Origin: Batkoa obscura
Taxonomy: Eukaryota
Direction: 5' to 3'
Assembly: GCA_030770535.1 (NCBI GenBank)
Contig: JASVEC010000175.1
Coordinates: 1-36,429 of the forward strand
Length of the DNA stretch: 36,429 bases
Shown: positions 34,690-36,429 of the stretch, in pieces
Numbering within the stretch: position 1 is the first letter of the stretch
How the letters are laid out: each line of letters begins with the position of its first letter
Notes under the pieces: generated by a model
Seen by the model: the letters and a program-made list of their open reading frames with translations, nothing else
The model's database searches: none
Told to the model about the DNA's origin: nothing
Translations under genes and position numbers: made by a program

Positions 34690-36429
34690 CTAATAAAACA
34701 AACATATCACAATTTCACCTGCTTGATTGGATCGATTTTCTTCCAAATTAATAGTAGGTTTATAATAGGCTGTCCAATTAAAAGGTAGTATTCTTACCAT
34801 CCAAGAACCTACTTTAGGATTGTATTCAATTAATTGACCTTTATAGATTCCTTTACAATCCTTTCTTAATGAAGGTAATTTCGATTGATGTATGCCATGT
34901 ATAAAATTGTCAGGTAAATTATCAGGTATTTTTTGATAATTTTTAATATAACTTTCAATTTGAATAAAATAATTAATTTGATTGTATTTTTCATGACGTT
35001 GTTGATATCTATTAAATTCAAATAATTTAATTTTAAAATCATTATACATTTCAATTAATTTGTCTTCATTAAATAATACTTGTTTTTTTAATAAATGATA
35101 TTTAATTTGCCAATGTAAAATAATATCAAAATATCTTCTTAGTGGAGATGTAATTTTACAATAACCATCTTGTACACCTAACATAAAAAAAGGTTTTGAA
35201 GATAATTGTAATTTATTGGGTTTCATTATAGCTTTAAAAATATAAATAATTAGTAGCTGGTATTTTAATTTTCTTTTCAATAAATTCTTTTAATAATTTT
35301 CCTTTAATTAAATCAGATTGATAATCAGGTGCTTCTTGAGTTATAAAATAAGCTGGTAAATGATATTTTTTAAAATATTTAGCTGCTATATCTCCTGCTA
35401 AATTCATACACATAGCTACTAAATTTCTTGAACTAGTTTCATTGGAATTTAATATATCAATTGTTAATTTAGGTTCTATTAAATAATTATCATATTTTGG
35501 TTGTAAATTAAAATTATTATTTTTCATATTATTAACTCTTAATTCAGTATCTATTCTTTCAATTCGTATTCCATTTTTAGCATTAAAGTTATCATATATT
35601 TATTATTGAATCTCTTAATAATATTAAATCTTTATTACTATTATTATTACTATTATTATTATTATTTAATATTAAATCTACTTCGTCATAACTTTTTCTA
35701 ATAATATTTTTTAAAATAGTTGGTGTTATTTTATATTCTTGAATTTCTCCAGTATCTTCATTTAATTTAGCACTAAATGTTAAACTAAACTTCTTACTGT
35801 TTAAATCCCCACCTAAAGAACAAGGACCATGGGCAATTGAATTTGGTAACATTGAATAAGTTTCATGTGGTAAATAAATAGATTGTGGATGAGATTTTAA
35901 TTGATTAATTATTTGTTTATTATTATAATCTAATATTGTTGTTGGATCAGCTATATGAATATGAATCCATTTATTATTATTATCTATGATTTCTATAGAA
36001 ATACCGTCATCTATTTCATCTGCAGTTAAATCATCTATTGCATATACTTTTAAATTAGTTTTATCTTCTCGTATTTCTTTATATAAATCATTTATATCTT
36101 CAAATTTAGTTGGAAATTTAAATTATATAAATATATTATATTATTATTAAATAATTATTATTATTATTATTATTAAATTATTTATTATTATTATTTAAAT
36201 TAAATTTATAATTAAATTGATTTAAATCTAAATAAGGTTCAATAATACCAATATCTACTAAAAATTGATAACAAAATGAACAATCAATATAATTATAACC
36301 TAAAGGTTTTAATATTTTTGATATATAATTTGAAATTGAATGAGCATTCCCAATTTATCAGTTAATATAAATTCAAATATTCCTAATATTACTTGAATTT
36401 CTTTTTCATTAAATTGTGGTAATTCATTT
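34690..36429 (-). CDS. RNB-domain exoribonuclease II (mitochondrial DSS1-like), 5' end outside the window, several frame breaks
   Basis: VYAIDDLTADEIDDGISIE, WIHIHIADPT, SIYLP...MLP, SRNLVAMCM, ITSPLRRYFDIILHWQIK. Confidence 0.85.

Overview
Very AT-rich eukaryotic genomic DNA with short (about 45-50 nt) GT-AG introns. Gene content and style point to an early-diverging fungus; Entomophthorales-like is an inference. Genes in order: proline iminopeptidase (2 frameshifts); a secreted/GPI protein and its short paralog; NDUFB2; a degenerate aldo-keto-reductase-fold protein with an acidic tail; a MAPEG protein; a proteinase-K-type subtilisin; KAE1; RPL7; a TBC Rab-GAP; PET117; INO1; three C2-domain paralogs; CBP80 (about 21 introns); DTWD1; and a partial RNB/DSS1-like exoribonuclease. 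About 17 copies or fragments of a ~98-bp MITE with GRG..CYC termini and 4-bp AWWT target-site duplications (Sola-like) lie between genes. The most notable unexplained elements are a ~470-nt intergenic structured-RNA candidate (16200-16668) and a densely structured 359-nt first intron of RPL7. All calls were made by eye, without database searches.
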